From: an uncultured Schlesneria sp.
GTDB taxonomy: Bacteria > Planctomycetota > Planctomycetia > Planctomycetales > Planctomycetaceae
Assembly (NCBI GenBank): GCA_903858935.1
Contig: CAIOKO010000070.1
Span: forward strand, 14,003-78,002
Direction of reading: 5' to 3'
Length of the DNA: 64,000 bases
Part shown: positions 8,629 to 17,564 of the stretch, one piece after another
How positions within the stretch are numbered: the first letter of the stretch is position 1
Layout: each line of letters starts with the position of its first letter
Position numbers and translations under genes: made by a program
Notes under the pieces: model-generated
Databases searched by the model: none
The model's input: only the letters and a program-made list of their open reading frames with translations
Told to the model about the DNA's origin: nothing

Positions 8629-9009
8629 TTAGCCCTGGTGAGCCTTGTTCCAGTTCCGATTGGCTTTGATCATGCAGGCCCCGTTGCCTTCCTTTTCCCA
8701 TAGGACTTTGGCATCGACTTCGGCATTCTTCAGAAACAGCAGCAACTTGCCGTCTTCGATCTTGAAGTTGGTCGGATCGACGGGAAACTCTTTTTCCACA
8801 GCGTGGCCGTAGGCACACTGGCCGCCGAACGCCGGGGCGAACTTGCCGGGATTCTCCTGGAACGTCGCCACTTGAGCAGCTGACGTAAAGAAGTAGGTCT
8901 TTCCTTCGTATTCGGCATGGAATTCCGGATTGCCGTGCTCGGCTTGTCCTTTCTCGAAATACGATACCGGGCTGTATCCACCGATGGTTGCGTCGATTGT
9001 CTTTGTCAT
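8629..9009 (-). CDS. YHS domain protein
   Basis: GGYSPVSYF, YEGKTYFF.S…FQENPGKFAPAFGGQCAYG; GGAGAG RBS. Confidence 0.88.
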   Translation of the reverse strand: MTKTIDATIGGYSPVSYFEKGQAEHGNPEFHAEYEGKTYFFTSAAQVATFQENPGKFAPAFGGQCAYGHAVEKEFPVDPTNFKIEDGKLLLFLKNAEVDAKVLWEKEGNGACMIKANRNWNKAHQG

Positions 9010-9139
9010 GATTCTCTCCAGTTCAGGGTTTTCGTCAGATGGTCTTGTCTCTCCACACCCTCTTGGACGCCGCGACAATCTGTTTCCTTACCCCGTCCGA
9101 AACATTTTTTTAAAAAACGGACTTCTTCTTGATCACAAG

Positions 9140-9525
9140 GGGCTGCGAAAAGCGTCGCCATCACCGGAGCGGCGTCCCAATACGCCTTGAGCGACAGGAT
9201 TTTTCCTTCGTGATCGAATTCAAAATCCATCCCCTGGAACTCGACGGTCCGAGGGTTTCGGCTATGGTCACTCCCTGTTCATTTTACGGCTGCAACTTGC
9301 GGTGCATGAAACACATCGGTCTCCGCCAGCCCGAACGTCTCGAACTGAGCCAAGACGCAAATGAAAGTTTCGCAACCTGGTGTGACCGTAATGTGAAGGC
9401 GCACCGACAGGAACGTGAGCGATGGCACCGGGGGCGAAATTCGCCAACCACGCTTCCAGGTCATTGGAACGGAGCACGGCGTAAAAGCTGACGACGAAAT
9501 CGGAATACGTCTTCGGTTCCGTCGT
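9140..9525 (-). pseudogene. SnoaL/NTF2-like (ketosteroid-isomerase-like) pseudogene
   Basis: AGGAGG RBS followed by ACG instead of ATG; frameshift after RNF (~9365); in-frame TGA in AAVK*TG at a position where W is expected; intact tail GKILSLKAYWDAAP. Confidence 0.75.
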
Positions 9526-9554
9526 GGCCCGACTCCTCCTCAAAAGGGGGACCG

Positions 9555-9722
9555 GAAACGTTGGCTTGAACAGCCAGGGTGTCGCCTCCAATAGCTGCGG
9601 CAGGTTTGCCAAGCGACTTGTCGTCTCGCCCGCTGATGACGACTTTCTGCGCCTCGGCGACGAAGGTCCCTGGCCGTAGCAAGGTCGGCGCCGTTTATTC
9701 CACCCGCGATGACGGCGACTTG
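9555..9722 (-). pseudogene. Degraded 5' fragment of an SDR gene paralogous to 13183-13932
   Basis: VAVIAGGINGADLATARDLRRRGA / KVVISGRDDKSL..AAAIGGDTLAV; 36 bp identical between 9611-9646 and 13804-13839; one frameshift. Confidence 0.85.
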
Positions 9723-9799
9723 GTATTTGACTTCTGTTCAACGTCCGTTGTATTTGACGTCCGGCATTCATCCTGCTGCCGCTCGGTACAATTTGCTAT

Positions 9800-9925
9800 T
9801 TGCACACGAACCGAATTGATTGTTGATCAGCGATGCGATTTTGGCACAAACTTCTTCGAGGGCGAAGTGACCAGACACCGAACTCGTGCGGGATGAGCCG
9901 TTGCCAGCCGCACGGATGAGTCACC
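9800..9925 (-). pseudogene. Degraded 3' fragment of an alpha/beta hydrolase gene
   Basis: SGHFALEEVCAKIASL (9875-9828) versus [16 protein letters not shown] in the intact hydrolase. Confidence 0.6.
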
Positions 9926-9947
9926 GCGATCCGTAACGAACCTTGGG

Positions 9948-10439
9948 TCACTTGATGTCAATGATCCCTTCATGGCCCACCGGTCGAGGACCGGGAGCGG
10001 GCCAGAAGAACTTGCGATCGGACTCCGCGATTGGAATGTCGTTGATGCTGGCTTCACGCCGGCGCATCAATCCGTCGTCGTCGAACTCCCACAGTTCATT
10101 CCCATAAGCGCGATGCCAATCACCGGAATCATCCTGCCATTCATATTGGAATCGGACAGCCATACGGTTCTTCAGAAAGCCCCAAAGCTCCTTCACCAGG
10201 CGGTACTCGCGTTCGCGGTTCCACTTCTTGCGGAGCAAGTCTTTGATTTCTTCCCGGCCTCGAACGAACTCGCCGCGATTGCGCCATTGGCTGTCCACGG
10301 AATAACTCATTGCAACTCGTTCGGGGTCACGGCTGTTCCATGCGTCTTCCGCAGCTCGAACCTTGGCGGTCGCGGTTTCGAAGGTAAACGGTGGAACGAT
10401 GATTGGAGTCGGTGTTTTAACCACGCAGGTTTCGGTCAT
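9948..10439 (-). CDS. DUF1348 family (SnoaL-like/NTF2) protein
   Basis: [56 protein letters not shown]. Confidence 0.93.
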   Translation of the reverse strand: MTETCVVKTPTPIIVPPFTFETATAKVRAAEDAWNSRDPERVAMSYSVDSQWRNRGEFVRGREEIKDLLRKKWNREREYRLVKELWGFLKNRMAVRFQYEWQDDSGDWHRAYGNELWEFDDDGLMRRREASINDIPIAESDRKFFWPAPGPRPVGHEGIIDIK

Positions 10440-10531
10440 GATCGATTCCTTACAAAGGGGGGCGGTGATACCACGAAGACTCGCAGCAAGTCGCCCCCGC
10501 GTTTTGGACAGTACGTCCGGGCTAACTGCTT

Positions 10532-11071
10532 TCAGACGAGCACTTCAGCGGCGGGAAAATCGACGTCTGTACCGGCGACGTGGTTGAAGTAATTCGTAAA
10601 AATATTGAGTGCCACATTGCCGACGACCTCGGCGAGTGCTCCATCATCGAATCCCGCATCACGCACGGATTGCAAGTCGGCGTCTGACACTCGCCCTTTG
10701 GTTTCCAGTACTTTTTGAGCGAATCGAACCAGGACTTCCGTTTTTGAATCAGTGGATGTCCCTTTGCGGCTGTCCCGAATCTCGTCAGCGGTTAGCCCGA
10801 CCATTTTGCCGATCGTGGAGTGAGCAGCGAGGCAATAGTCGCAATGATTTTCTTGAGCGACGACGAGGGCGATTCGTTCACGGTTCTTGGCGGAAAGGGT
10901 CCCTTTCCCCAGTGAGCCGCTGAATTGAAGGTAGGCATCCAAGGCTGCGGGAGCGTTTGCGAGTGCTCGCGTCAGATTTGGAACGAGACCGAGCTTGCTT
11001 TTGACGGCATCCAACAGTTCCTTCGCTTTGCCGGTCGCGGTTTCTGGAGAAATTTGATTGATGCGTGACAT
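10532..11071 (-). CDS. AhpD-like alkylhydroperoxidase / carboxymuconolactone decarboxylase family protein
   Basis: [28 protein letters not shown] (CxxC), [18 protein letters not shown]. Confidence 0.92.
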   Translation of the reverse strand: MSRINQISPETATGKAKELLDAVKSKLGLVPNLTRALANAPAALDAYLQFSGSLGKGTLSAKNRERIALVVAQENHCDYCLAAHSTIGKMVGLTADEIRDSRKGTSTDSKTEVLVRFAQKVLETKGRVSDADLQSVRDAGFDDGALAEVVGNVALNIFTNYFNHVAGTDVDFPAAEVLV

Positions 11072-11144
11072 GGTTTGTTCCTTTCAGAGAACAGGTTTTT
11101 TGATTCGCCACCTGAACTTATCAGCGGCTGGCGAGAGTGCTTTA

Positions 11145-11160
11145 TTCATCTTCCGTGCCA
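11145..11160 (-). promoter_or_regulatory. Putative sigma54 -24/-12 promoter for ahpD-like gene (TGGCACGGAAGATGAA, non-canonical -12)
   Basis: Perfect TGGCACG -24 box with correct spacing; -12 reads ATGAA rather than TTGCA; divergent sigma54 activator. Confidence 0.5.
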
Positions 11161-11226
11161 AAAGCAAAATATTCCATAACACATTTAACAACAGATACTT
11201 ACGTATTTATAACTCAAAATTGATAA

Positions 11227-11281
11227 CAACGATTTTTCGTTGATACACGAATAATCGTTGCGTAACAACGAAATTTCGTTA
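11227..11281. promoter_or_regulatory. Three tandem palindromic enhancer-like sites (CAACG-N6-CGTT)
   Basis: caacgatttttcgttg 11227-11242, cacgaataatcgttg 11246-11260, caacgaaatttcgtta 11266-11281; ~20-bp periodicity, 70-120 bp upstream of the -24 box. Confidence 0.6.
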
Positions 11282-11288
11282 TTCTTCG

Positions 11289-12911
11289 ATGATGCATTCA
11301 CTCGTTGATCAACACTTGTTCGCTCGGAATCCCAAGGGGCTGTTGATTGAGCTGGCGGAACAGCTCGATGTCGACAGGATATTGACGCTTGCTGCTCAGC
11401 GGCTTAGTGAAGGGCCATCAGTTGCTTTGGTGCGGGTATGGCTGCTGCAACCTCCACTCGCCGGCGATTGCACCGATTGCCGATTCGCCACAGAGTGCTT
11501 TCAACGTGACTTTTGCCTGCATCTCGTGGCGAGCGCTGGCCGATCGCTCAACGCCTCGGCCGACGAATGGAATCGTCTCGATGGATCTTTCCGTCGATTT
11601 CCGATCGGCATCCGAAAAGTCGGGCAGATCGCGAAAACGGGTAAGTCACTCGAAGTCTCGGAAATCGCCGAGAACCACGCCTGGGTCGCGCGCCCGGAGT
11701 GGGTGCGTGATGAAAAGATCACATCGTTTGCCGGTCATCCCCTCATCTTTCGAGGCCAGGTGCTCGGAGTGCTCGGGTTGTTCTCGCGTCAGCCGCCTGG
11801 GGAATCGGGTTTTGAATGGTTACGAATGATTGCTGATCACCTCGCCGCCGCGATTGCGAATGCCCGGGCACTCAACGAAATCGAACTCCTTAAAAAACGA
11901 TTGGAGCTTGAAAACGAGTACCTGCGAGAAGAAGTTCAGCAAGCGGAATCTTATGGTGAACTGGTCGGACAAAGCCCTGCTTTACAAGTGGTTTCGCGGC
12001 AGATTGATCTGGTTGCACCAACCGATTCGTCGGTCCTGATTCTGGGCGAAAGCGGCACGGGAAAGGAGCTTGTCGCTCGTGAGTTACATCGCCGTAGTCG
12101 ACGTGCGAGCCGTCCTTTGATCAAGGTCAACTGCGCCGCCATCCCAAGAGAGCTTTACGAGAGTGAGTTCTTCGGGCACGCGAAAGGAGCGTTTACCAGT
12201 GCCCTGCGTGATCGTGCCGGTCGATTTGAACTGGCCGACGGAGGGACACTGTTTCTCGACGAGATTGGAGAGATCCCGTTGGATCTTCAAGCCAAATTAT
12301 TGCGCGTGCTGCAAGAGGGTGAGCTTGAACGAGTGGGGGATGAAACCACTCGAAAAGTGGATGTCCGCATTCTTGCCGCCACCAATCGAAAACTCCGTGA
12401 AGAATCGGAAGCGGGCCGATTCCGACAAGATTTGTATTACCGGCTGAGTGTCTTTCCGATCGAACTGCCGCCGCTGCGTAATCGCATCGAGGATATCCCA
12501 TTATTGGCCGAACAGTTTCTCGAACGCCTTTCGCGCAAGCTGGGGCAACGCCGACCAAGATTGACCCTTGCGAATGTTCAAACGCTTCAACAGTACAGTT
12601 GGCCTGGCAATATTCGAGAGCTGCAACATGTCCTTGAGCGAGCCTCGATCGGTGCAACCGACGGACGGCTTCGGCTGGAACTCCCCACCGACATCGCGAA
12701 GCGAACGGTCTCTACAGAATCTTCTGGTGAATCCGAACGAATTTTGACCGAGGCTGAAGTGCGGAGTTTTGAAGCGAATAATATTCGATTGGCACTGAAA
12801 GCATCCGGCGGAAAGATCTATGGCCCGGACGGAGCTGCCGCGAGGCTGGGCGTGAAGCCAACAACACTCGCGTCTCGGATCAAGATCCTTGAAATTTCGA
12901 TCAGCAAATGA
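11289..12911 (+). CDS. FhlA-like sigma54-dependent activator (GAF, AAA+, Fis HTH)
   Basis: GESGTGKE Walker [24 protein letters not shown]-terminal [16 protein letters not shown]. Confidence 0.95.
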   Translation: MMHSLVDQHLFARNPKGLLIELAEQLDVDRILTLAAQRLSEGPSVALVRVWLLQPPLAGDCTDCRFATECFQRDFCLHLVASAGRSLNASADEWNRLDGSFRRFPIGIRKVGQIAKTGKSLEVSEIAENHAWVARPEWVRDEKITSFAGHPLIFRGQVLGVLGLFSRQPPGESGFEWLRMIADHLAAAIANARALNEIELLKKRLELENEYLREEVQQAESYGELVGQSPALQVVSRQIDLVAPTDSSVLILGESGTGKELVARELHRRSRRASRPLIKVNCAAIPRELYESEFFGHAKGAFTSALRDRAGRFELADGGTLFLDEIGEIPLDLQAKLLRVLQEGELERVGDETTRKVDVRILAATNRKLREESEAGRFRQDLYYRLSVFPIELPPLRNRIEDIPLLAEQFLERLSRKLGQRRPRLTLANVQTLQQYSWPGNIRELQHVLERASIGATDGRLRLELPTDIAKRTVSTESSGESERILTEAEVRSFEANNIRLALKASGGKIYGPDGAAARLGVKPTTLASRIKILEISISK

Positions 12912-12987
12912 GTTGGACTTTTGTTGGCATCGAGAAAGCTTCAATGTGGACGCCTGAAGCCTGTTCGATGGACTGTCGGGTGTCCTG

Positions 12988-13083
12988 CTTCAACTCAAAC
13001 TTCACGCCGTAATACTCGGCAGCGCTTTTGATGTCTTCCCGATTGATCTCCGGTGGTTTATCGCCGGTTCCTGATGTTGGCGT
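12988..13083 (-). pseudogene. Orphan 3' fragment of a cupin gene paralogous to 16688-17260
   Basis: TPTSGTGDKPPEINREDIKSA---AEYYGVKFELK versus TPVSGTDEKPPEIKPEDIKRAVATAEKYGVKFEKK. Confidence 0.75.
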
Positions 13084-13138
13084 AGAAACGGGCGATAGCA
13101 TCGGCGTTTCAATGAGTTGTATCATTGTCCCGCTTCAC

Positions 13139-13168
13139 AAAAAAAGGGACGGGTCTGACCCGCCCCCC
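13139..13168 (-). terminator. Rho-independent terminator after the SDR gene
   Basis: Minus strand GC-rich hairpin (ggggggcgggtcagacccgtccc) followed by T7. Confidence 0.8.
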
Positions 13169-13182
13169 AAACGAATGGTGAT

Positions 13183-13932
13183 TTACAGTTGTCCTAATCC
13201 ACCATCGACGTTGAGTTCCACTCCGGTGATGTATGACGCTTCGTCCGAGGCGAGAAACGCCACGGCTTTGGCAACCTCGTCCGGTTCGCCGAAACGCTTC
13301 ATCGGCACCTGACCCTTTACCCCGCTGGCAAACTGGTCAAGGGCGTCAGCGGGCATTCCCATTCGACCGTAGATCGGGGTCGAGATCGGGCCTGGAGCCA
13401 CTGCGTTGACTCGAATGTTGCGACCGACGAGTTCTGCCGCGAGGGTCCGGGTGAACGACCGCAATGCGGCCTTGCTTGCCGAGTAGACACTCGTTCCCGC
13501 CCAGCCCTTCTCGTCCACAACTGATGTGTTGAAGATCACCGCTCCACCGTCCTGAAGCAACGGTAGCGATTTCTGGACCGTGAAGAAGACCCCCTTGAAA
13601 TTGATATCCATATTTTCATCGAAATGCGCCTCGGTTGCTTCGCTTACCGGAGCGAACTTGGCAACCCCGGCATTGGCGAACAGGACATCGATCTTGCCAT
13701 GCCGCTTCTGGACGTGTGCGTACAGTCCATCCAGATCACTGAGACGGGATACATCGGCTTTAACGGCCAAGGTGTCGCCGCCAATGGCTGCGGCAGCTTC
13801 GCTAAGCGACTTGTCGTCTCGCCCGCTGATGACGACTTTTGCTCCTCGTCGATGAAGTTCTTTGGCCGTGGCCAGGCCGATGCCACTGTTGCCACCTGTG
13901 ATGACGACCACTTTGTTGTTGAACGAGTTCAT
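13183..13932 (-). CDS. Short-chain dehydrogenase/reductase (classical SDR)
   Basis: TGGNSGIG, NAG, YSASK, RVNAVAPGPI; GGAG RBS. Confidence 0.95.
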   Translation of the reverse strand: MNSFNNKVVVITGGNSGIGLATAKELHRRGAKVVISGRDDKSLSEAAAAIGGDTLAVKADVSRLSDLDGLYAHVQKRHGKIDVLFANAGVAKFAPVSEATEAHFDENMDINFKGVFFTVQKSLPLLQDGGAVIFNTSVVDEKGWAGTSVYSASKAALRSFTRTLAAELVGRNIRVNAVAPGPISTPIYGRMGMPADALDQFASGVKGQVPMKRFGEPDEVAKAVAFLASDEASYITGVELNVDGGLGQL

Positions 13933-13997
13933 GATTTTCTCCAAATTGTTGAGGGTTTCAGATGCTTGGTTGAAATCGAATAAAAGTTAATACGGTA

Positions 13998-15413
13998 CTA
14001 GTTTTTTACGTTTTTGAGCAGGAAATCTCGCATCAGGCTGGCGATCTGCTGGCCTTCTTCTTCCAGAGCGAAATGGCCGGTATCGAGCAGGTGGAACTCG
14101 ATGTTCTTCAAGTCCCGCTTGTAGGGATGCGCCCCTTCGGCGGGGAAAATCTTGTCATTCTTGCCCCACACGATCAGTGTCGGCGGCTGATACTTGCGGA
14201 AGTATGCCTGCCACGCCGGGTAGAGTTGTGAGTTGGTACGGTAGTCATAGAACAGGGCCAGCTGGATTTCCTGGTTGCCAGGACGGTCCAAAAGTGTCTG
14301 GTCGATGGTCCAGGTATCGGGGCTGATTGACTCGACGTTGCGAACCCCGTGGGTGTACTGCCACTTGGTTCCATCGATGGTGAGGAAACCACGCAGCGGC
14401 TTGGAGTTCTCCTCGGTGTGGTCTTTCCAGTACGCCCTAAGTGGTTTCCAGAAATCGTTATTCAGCCCTTCCTCATAGGCATTTCCGTTTTGCACAACGA
14501 GTCCGGTGACGCGCTCCGGGTGCTTTACGGCGAGCCGATAGCCGACCGGCGCACCGTAGTCTTGGACGTAGAGTGTGTATTTCGTCAGGCCGACCTTTTC
14601 GGTGAACTTGTCCACGACTTCGGCCAGTTTGTCGAAGGTGTAATTGAACTTGTCCGCGGATGGAGCGGAACTTTGGCCGAAGCCCGGATAATCCGGAGCG
14701 ACGACGTGGTACTGGTCGGCCAGAGCAGGGATCAGGTTTCGGAACATTAGCGAGGACGTTGGAAAGCCATGAAGTAGCAGAAGTGTCGGTGCGTCTCTGG
14801 GACCCGCTTCCCGGTAGAAGATTTCCAATCCGTCAATATTTACCGTGTTATGCGAGACAGTAATCGAGCCGCTATCGGGGCGAACGGTACGAAAGAACTG
14901 GATGGAATCAGCTAACATTTCAAAGCGGACGGCCTTGCTGTTCTCAAGTGTCCAAGTATGAACAAACCGGGCTTCAAACGGTTGCCCGGTCCATTTGTGT
15001 TTGCCCCGGTAGCGGCCGTGAACGATGACCAACTCACCTGTGTCACTGATCTTTTCCGGAGTGACAGTCAATTCCGTCCAAGTGGCGATGAAAACCCCCA
15101 GGACATTTTTGAGAATGTTATCTTTACCCTGATATGTCCCGCCGTCGTGCCCAGGAAACGGTGGTTCAACCCAAATGAGATTGTCAGCAAACAACTCGGT
15201 GGCAGTGGAAATCTCTCCACGGCTTAAGTGGTCGTAGAAGTCTTGGACGGTCCTGACGTTCAAAGTTGTCGTGTTCGTTTGGCTGTCGATCTTGGCGGTG
15301 TGATGCGACACTTTCGGGTCTTCCGGCTTCGTTTCACCCGCATGGATCGGCGTTAAAGCCGACCCAAAAGCCACAAGAGTGAAAATCGAGGATAGTCTGA
15401 TACGTGGAAACAT
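13998..15413 (-). CDS. Signal peptide + SnoaL-like domain + alpha/beta hydrolase (epoxide hydrolase/haloalkane dehalogenase-like) fusion
   Basis: Hydrophobic N-terminus; NTF2-like [12 protein letters not shown]…ARFVHTWTL; [15 protein letters not shown] nucleophile, GHFALEE His. Confidence 0.88.
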   Translation of the reverse strand: MFPRIRLSSIFTLVAFGSALTPIHAGETKPEDPKVSHHTAKIDSQTNTTTLNVRTVQDFYDHLSRGEISTATELFADNLIWVEPPFPGHDGGTYQGKDNILKNVLGVFIATWTELTVTPEKISDTGELVIVHGRYRGKHKWTGQPFEARFVHTWTLENSKAVRFEMLADSIQFFRTVRPDSGSITVSHNTVNIDGLEIFYREAGPRDAPTLLLLHGFPTSSLMFRNLIPALADQYHVVAPDYPGFGQSSAPSADKFNYTFDKLAEVVDKFTEKVGLTKYTLYVQDYGAPVGYRLAVKHPERVTGLVVQNGNAYEEGLNNDFWKPLRAYWKDHTEENSKPLRGFLTIDGTKWQYTHGVRNVESISPDTWTIDQTLLDRPGNQEIQLALFYDYRTNSQLYPAWQAYFRKYQPPTLIVWGKNDKIFPAEGAHPYKRDLKNIEFHLLDTGHFALEEEGQQIASLMRDFLLKNVKN

Positions 15414-15554
15414 GGAATTCTCCTGATGAAGGATGTCAGTCTGGTTGTCCCTCGGGGACCAGTCGAACGGAAACGGATCAATGAGTGGTCCACGATGCCG
15501 AACTTCTCTTAGCGAGCGATTCGATGAGCTGTGTCTGATTTCAGTTACCGAGCA

Positions 15555-15872
15555 TTACCCGTAGTGCGGGGACTTCATTTCACGACTGGGAGCTTCCGTG
15601 ACTTCCCCGTCGAACAATTTCACGGTCAGGCTCGCCCCTAACTTGGCAGCTTCCTCGGCATACGGGCCGACTGCAAACTTTCGGGCATTCTCCTCAGAAT
15701 CAAACTCGTAGAACCCGCCCACCGATCCGCCATGGATGCCATACAACCACGTCTTACGAACCAGACCAGGAACCTTCTTCAGACCAGCGTTGATTGACCG
15801 CCAGTCCACGTCGCTGAAGGGAACCGTCATTTGCAGTTCGCCGTACAAGAAGACTTTCTTGCCGCTCATCAT
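15555..15872 (-). CDS. YdhR-like dimeric alpha/beta-barrel putative monooxygenase
   Basis: KKVPGLVRKTWL…GGFYEFDSEENAR pattern; start could be at 15932. Confidence 0.7.
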   Translation of the reverse strand: MMSGKKVFLYGELQMTVPFSDVDWRSINAGLKKVPGLVRKTWLYGIHGGSVGGFYEFDSEENARKFAVGPYAEEAAKLGASLTVKLFDGEVTEAPSREMKSPHYG

Positions 15873-15966
15873 TTGAAAACTCCCCGACTCAAGCCCCGGA
15901 CAACGATCCGACGATCCAACATGAACCGTCACTTCAGATCGCAGCCTTTCAACCTCGACAATAAAT

Positions 15967-15980
15967 ACAGACAGGTCTGT
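15967..15980. promoter_or_regulatory. Putative TetR operator ACAGAC-AG-GTCTGT
   Basis: Palindromic 6-bp arms upstream of the ydhR-like gene; exact reverse complement at 16601-16614. Confidence 0.72.
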
Positions 15981-16010
15981 CTTTTTGATGCCAAAAAAAG
16001 AGAAGAGTTA

Positions 16011-16589
16011 CTAGCTTTTTGCTACCGCCACCATTTTCAACGCAGCGTCACGAGCGACGTCTACGGCGTCAGGCGAACCCTGAATCACCGCTGTCACGAT
16101 GGCCCCTTCGACGAGTAGACCCACAGCGGGTGCAACCTTCGCCGCCCCCTTACCGAGTGATTCCTCGACCAAACCCGTCAGAAACTCCTGAAACCGGCGC
16201 TTGTGTTCCTTCACGAACTGCGTCCCTGCATGTGCAGGGTCGGCCAGTTCCACGGCAGCGTTCTGAAACGCACATCCGCGGAAACCGGGACTTTCGAAAA
16301 AGTCCTTGAGGGTGGCGAAAAAGCCCCTCAGTTTATCTTTCGTCCTCTTACTATTCCGTTCCATCCCAGCGGTGAAGAACTCTAAAAGCTTCTCTTCCCG
16401 ATACTTCAGAACGGCCAGGATCAGGTCGTCCTTCGACGGAAAGTGCTTGTACAGGCTCATCTTGGCAACGTCCGCCTCGGCGATGATCCGGTCAATGCCA
16501 ACCGCCCGAATACCGTCCTGGTAGAACAGCCGATCGGCAGTTTCCAGAATTCGCTGGCGGACTTCAGAAGTAGCTTTCGTGCGTTCCAT
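16011..16589 (-). CDS. TetR/AcrR family transcriptional regulator
   Basis: RQRILETADRLFYQDGIRAVGIDRIIAEADVAKMSLYKHFPSKDDL; C-terminal FRGCAFQNAAVE. Confidence 0.95.
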   Translation of the reverse strand: MERTKATSEVRQRILETADRLFYQDGIRAVGIDRIIAEADVAKMSLYKHFPSKDDLILAVLKYREEKLLEFFTAGMERNSKRTKDKLRGFFATLKDFFESPGFRGCAFQNAAVELADPAHAGTQFVKEHKRRFQEFLTGLVEESLGKGAAKVAPAVGLLVEGAIVTAVIQGSPDAVDVARDAALKMVAVAKS

Positions 16590-16600
16590 GACCAAAGTAT

Positions 16601-16614
16601 ACAGACCTGTCTGT
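16601..16614. promoter_or_regulatory. Putative TetR autoregulatory operator ACAGAC-CT-GTCTGT
   Basis: 12 bp upstream of the tetR ATG; same 14-mer as 15967 on the opposite strand. Confidence 0.72.
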
Positions 16615-16687
16615 TACCGTCAAGGGGACGGAAAGATTTTTCCTGGCGTATACTTCGATCTCATCGGCAGTGCGGCGCTTGGCAGCT

Positions 16688-17260
16688 CTACTTCTTCTCA
16701 AACTTCACTCCGTATTTCTCGGCGGTGGCGACAGCTCGTTTGATGTCTTCCGGCTTGATCTCGGGTGGCTTCTCGTCGGTTCCGGACACCGGCGTTCCGA
16801 TATCCAGGAACCATTGTTCAAAGCCGCCGGGGGTGTACGAGAGCAACAGCCGGGTCGGCTTGTCGCTCACGTTTTTGAAATAGTGCTGGACCCCGCGCGG
16901 CATGTGGACGAAATCACCCGCCTTCACGTCGTACTGCTTGCCGCCCAGCCATGCACGTAGTTCACCCTCAAGCACGAAAATCGTTTCGTCTTCCTTTGTG
17001 TGCGTGTGTGGCACCGGACCTGCGCCAGGCGAAATCAGATCTTCAAAGACCGAATAGGCCCCGCCCGTATCTGCGGCTTTGACTTTGACGGTTACCAGAA
17101 CCCCCATCGCCCAGACCTTGGTTCCCTCGCTCCCGGTAACAACCTTTGGTGCTGTGAGCGCCGACTTATCCTGTGCAACAACATCATTGCTGCCTGCCGT
17201 TGCCGCTGCACCAGCGACGACGCCAAGTGATGTCTGAAGAAACGCTCGCCGTGAATTCAT
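16688..17260 (-). CDS. Tat-exported cupin (quercetin 2,3-dioxygenase-like)
   Basis: MNSRRAFLQ Tat motif; PHTHTKEDE…GE and MPRGVQH cupin motifs. Confidence 0.87.
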   Translation of the reverse strand: MNSRRAFLQTSLGVVAGAAATAGSNDVVAQDKSALTAPKVVTGSEGTKVWAMGVLVTVKVKAADTGGAYSVFEDLISPGAGPVPHTHTKEDETIFVLEGELRAWLGGKQYDVKAGDFVHMPRGVQHYFKNVSDKPTRLLLSYTPGGFEQWFLDIGTPVSGTDEKPPEIKPEDIKRAVATAEKYGVKFEKK

Positions 17261-17366
17261 GATTGATCCTGACTGGGTTGTGAAAAGCGCCAACAATGGA
17301 AAACGATTTCAATAGACATCTTCGGGTTTGGAACTTGACTCAGTGAATCGAGTTTCATGATTTGTT

Positions 17367-17539
17367 CCAAAGTAGCCATCATCGTTTCGCGTGATGAGCA
17401 TTTGTCGGAAACGATTCAAACATTGCCTCAACTTCGCAACATTTAAATCGTTTGAATTCCTGATTTGAAAGCATGCCGATCGGTATCTGCGCGGTTCTCG
17501 AACAATGCTCATCACACGGAGCGATGATGGCCACTTTGG
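17367..17539. repeat. REPIN-like element copy 3
   Basis: Arms 17367-17401 (ccaaagtagccatcatcgtttcgcgtgatgagcat) and 17505-17539 (atgctcatcacacggagcgatgatggccactttgg); same core orientation as copy 1. Confidence 0.88.
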
Positions 17540-17564
17540 TCTGAGGCGAAGCCTCTCTGGATTC

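Noticed and set aside
9276-9284. In-frame TGA in the SnoaL gene as selenocysteine or readthrough
   Set aside because: It falls at a position where Trp is expected (TGG to TGA) and the same gene also has a frameshift and a lost start codon
1849-17539. 36-bp repeats as a CRISPR array
   Set aside because: They occur as inverted pairs kilobases apart, not as direct repeats with regular unique spacers; no cas genes
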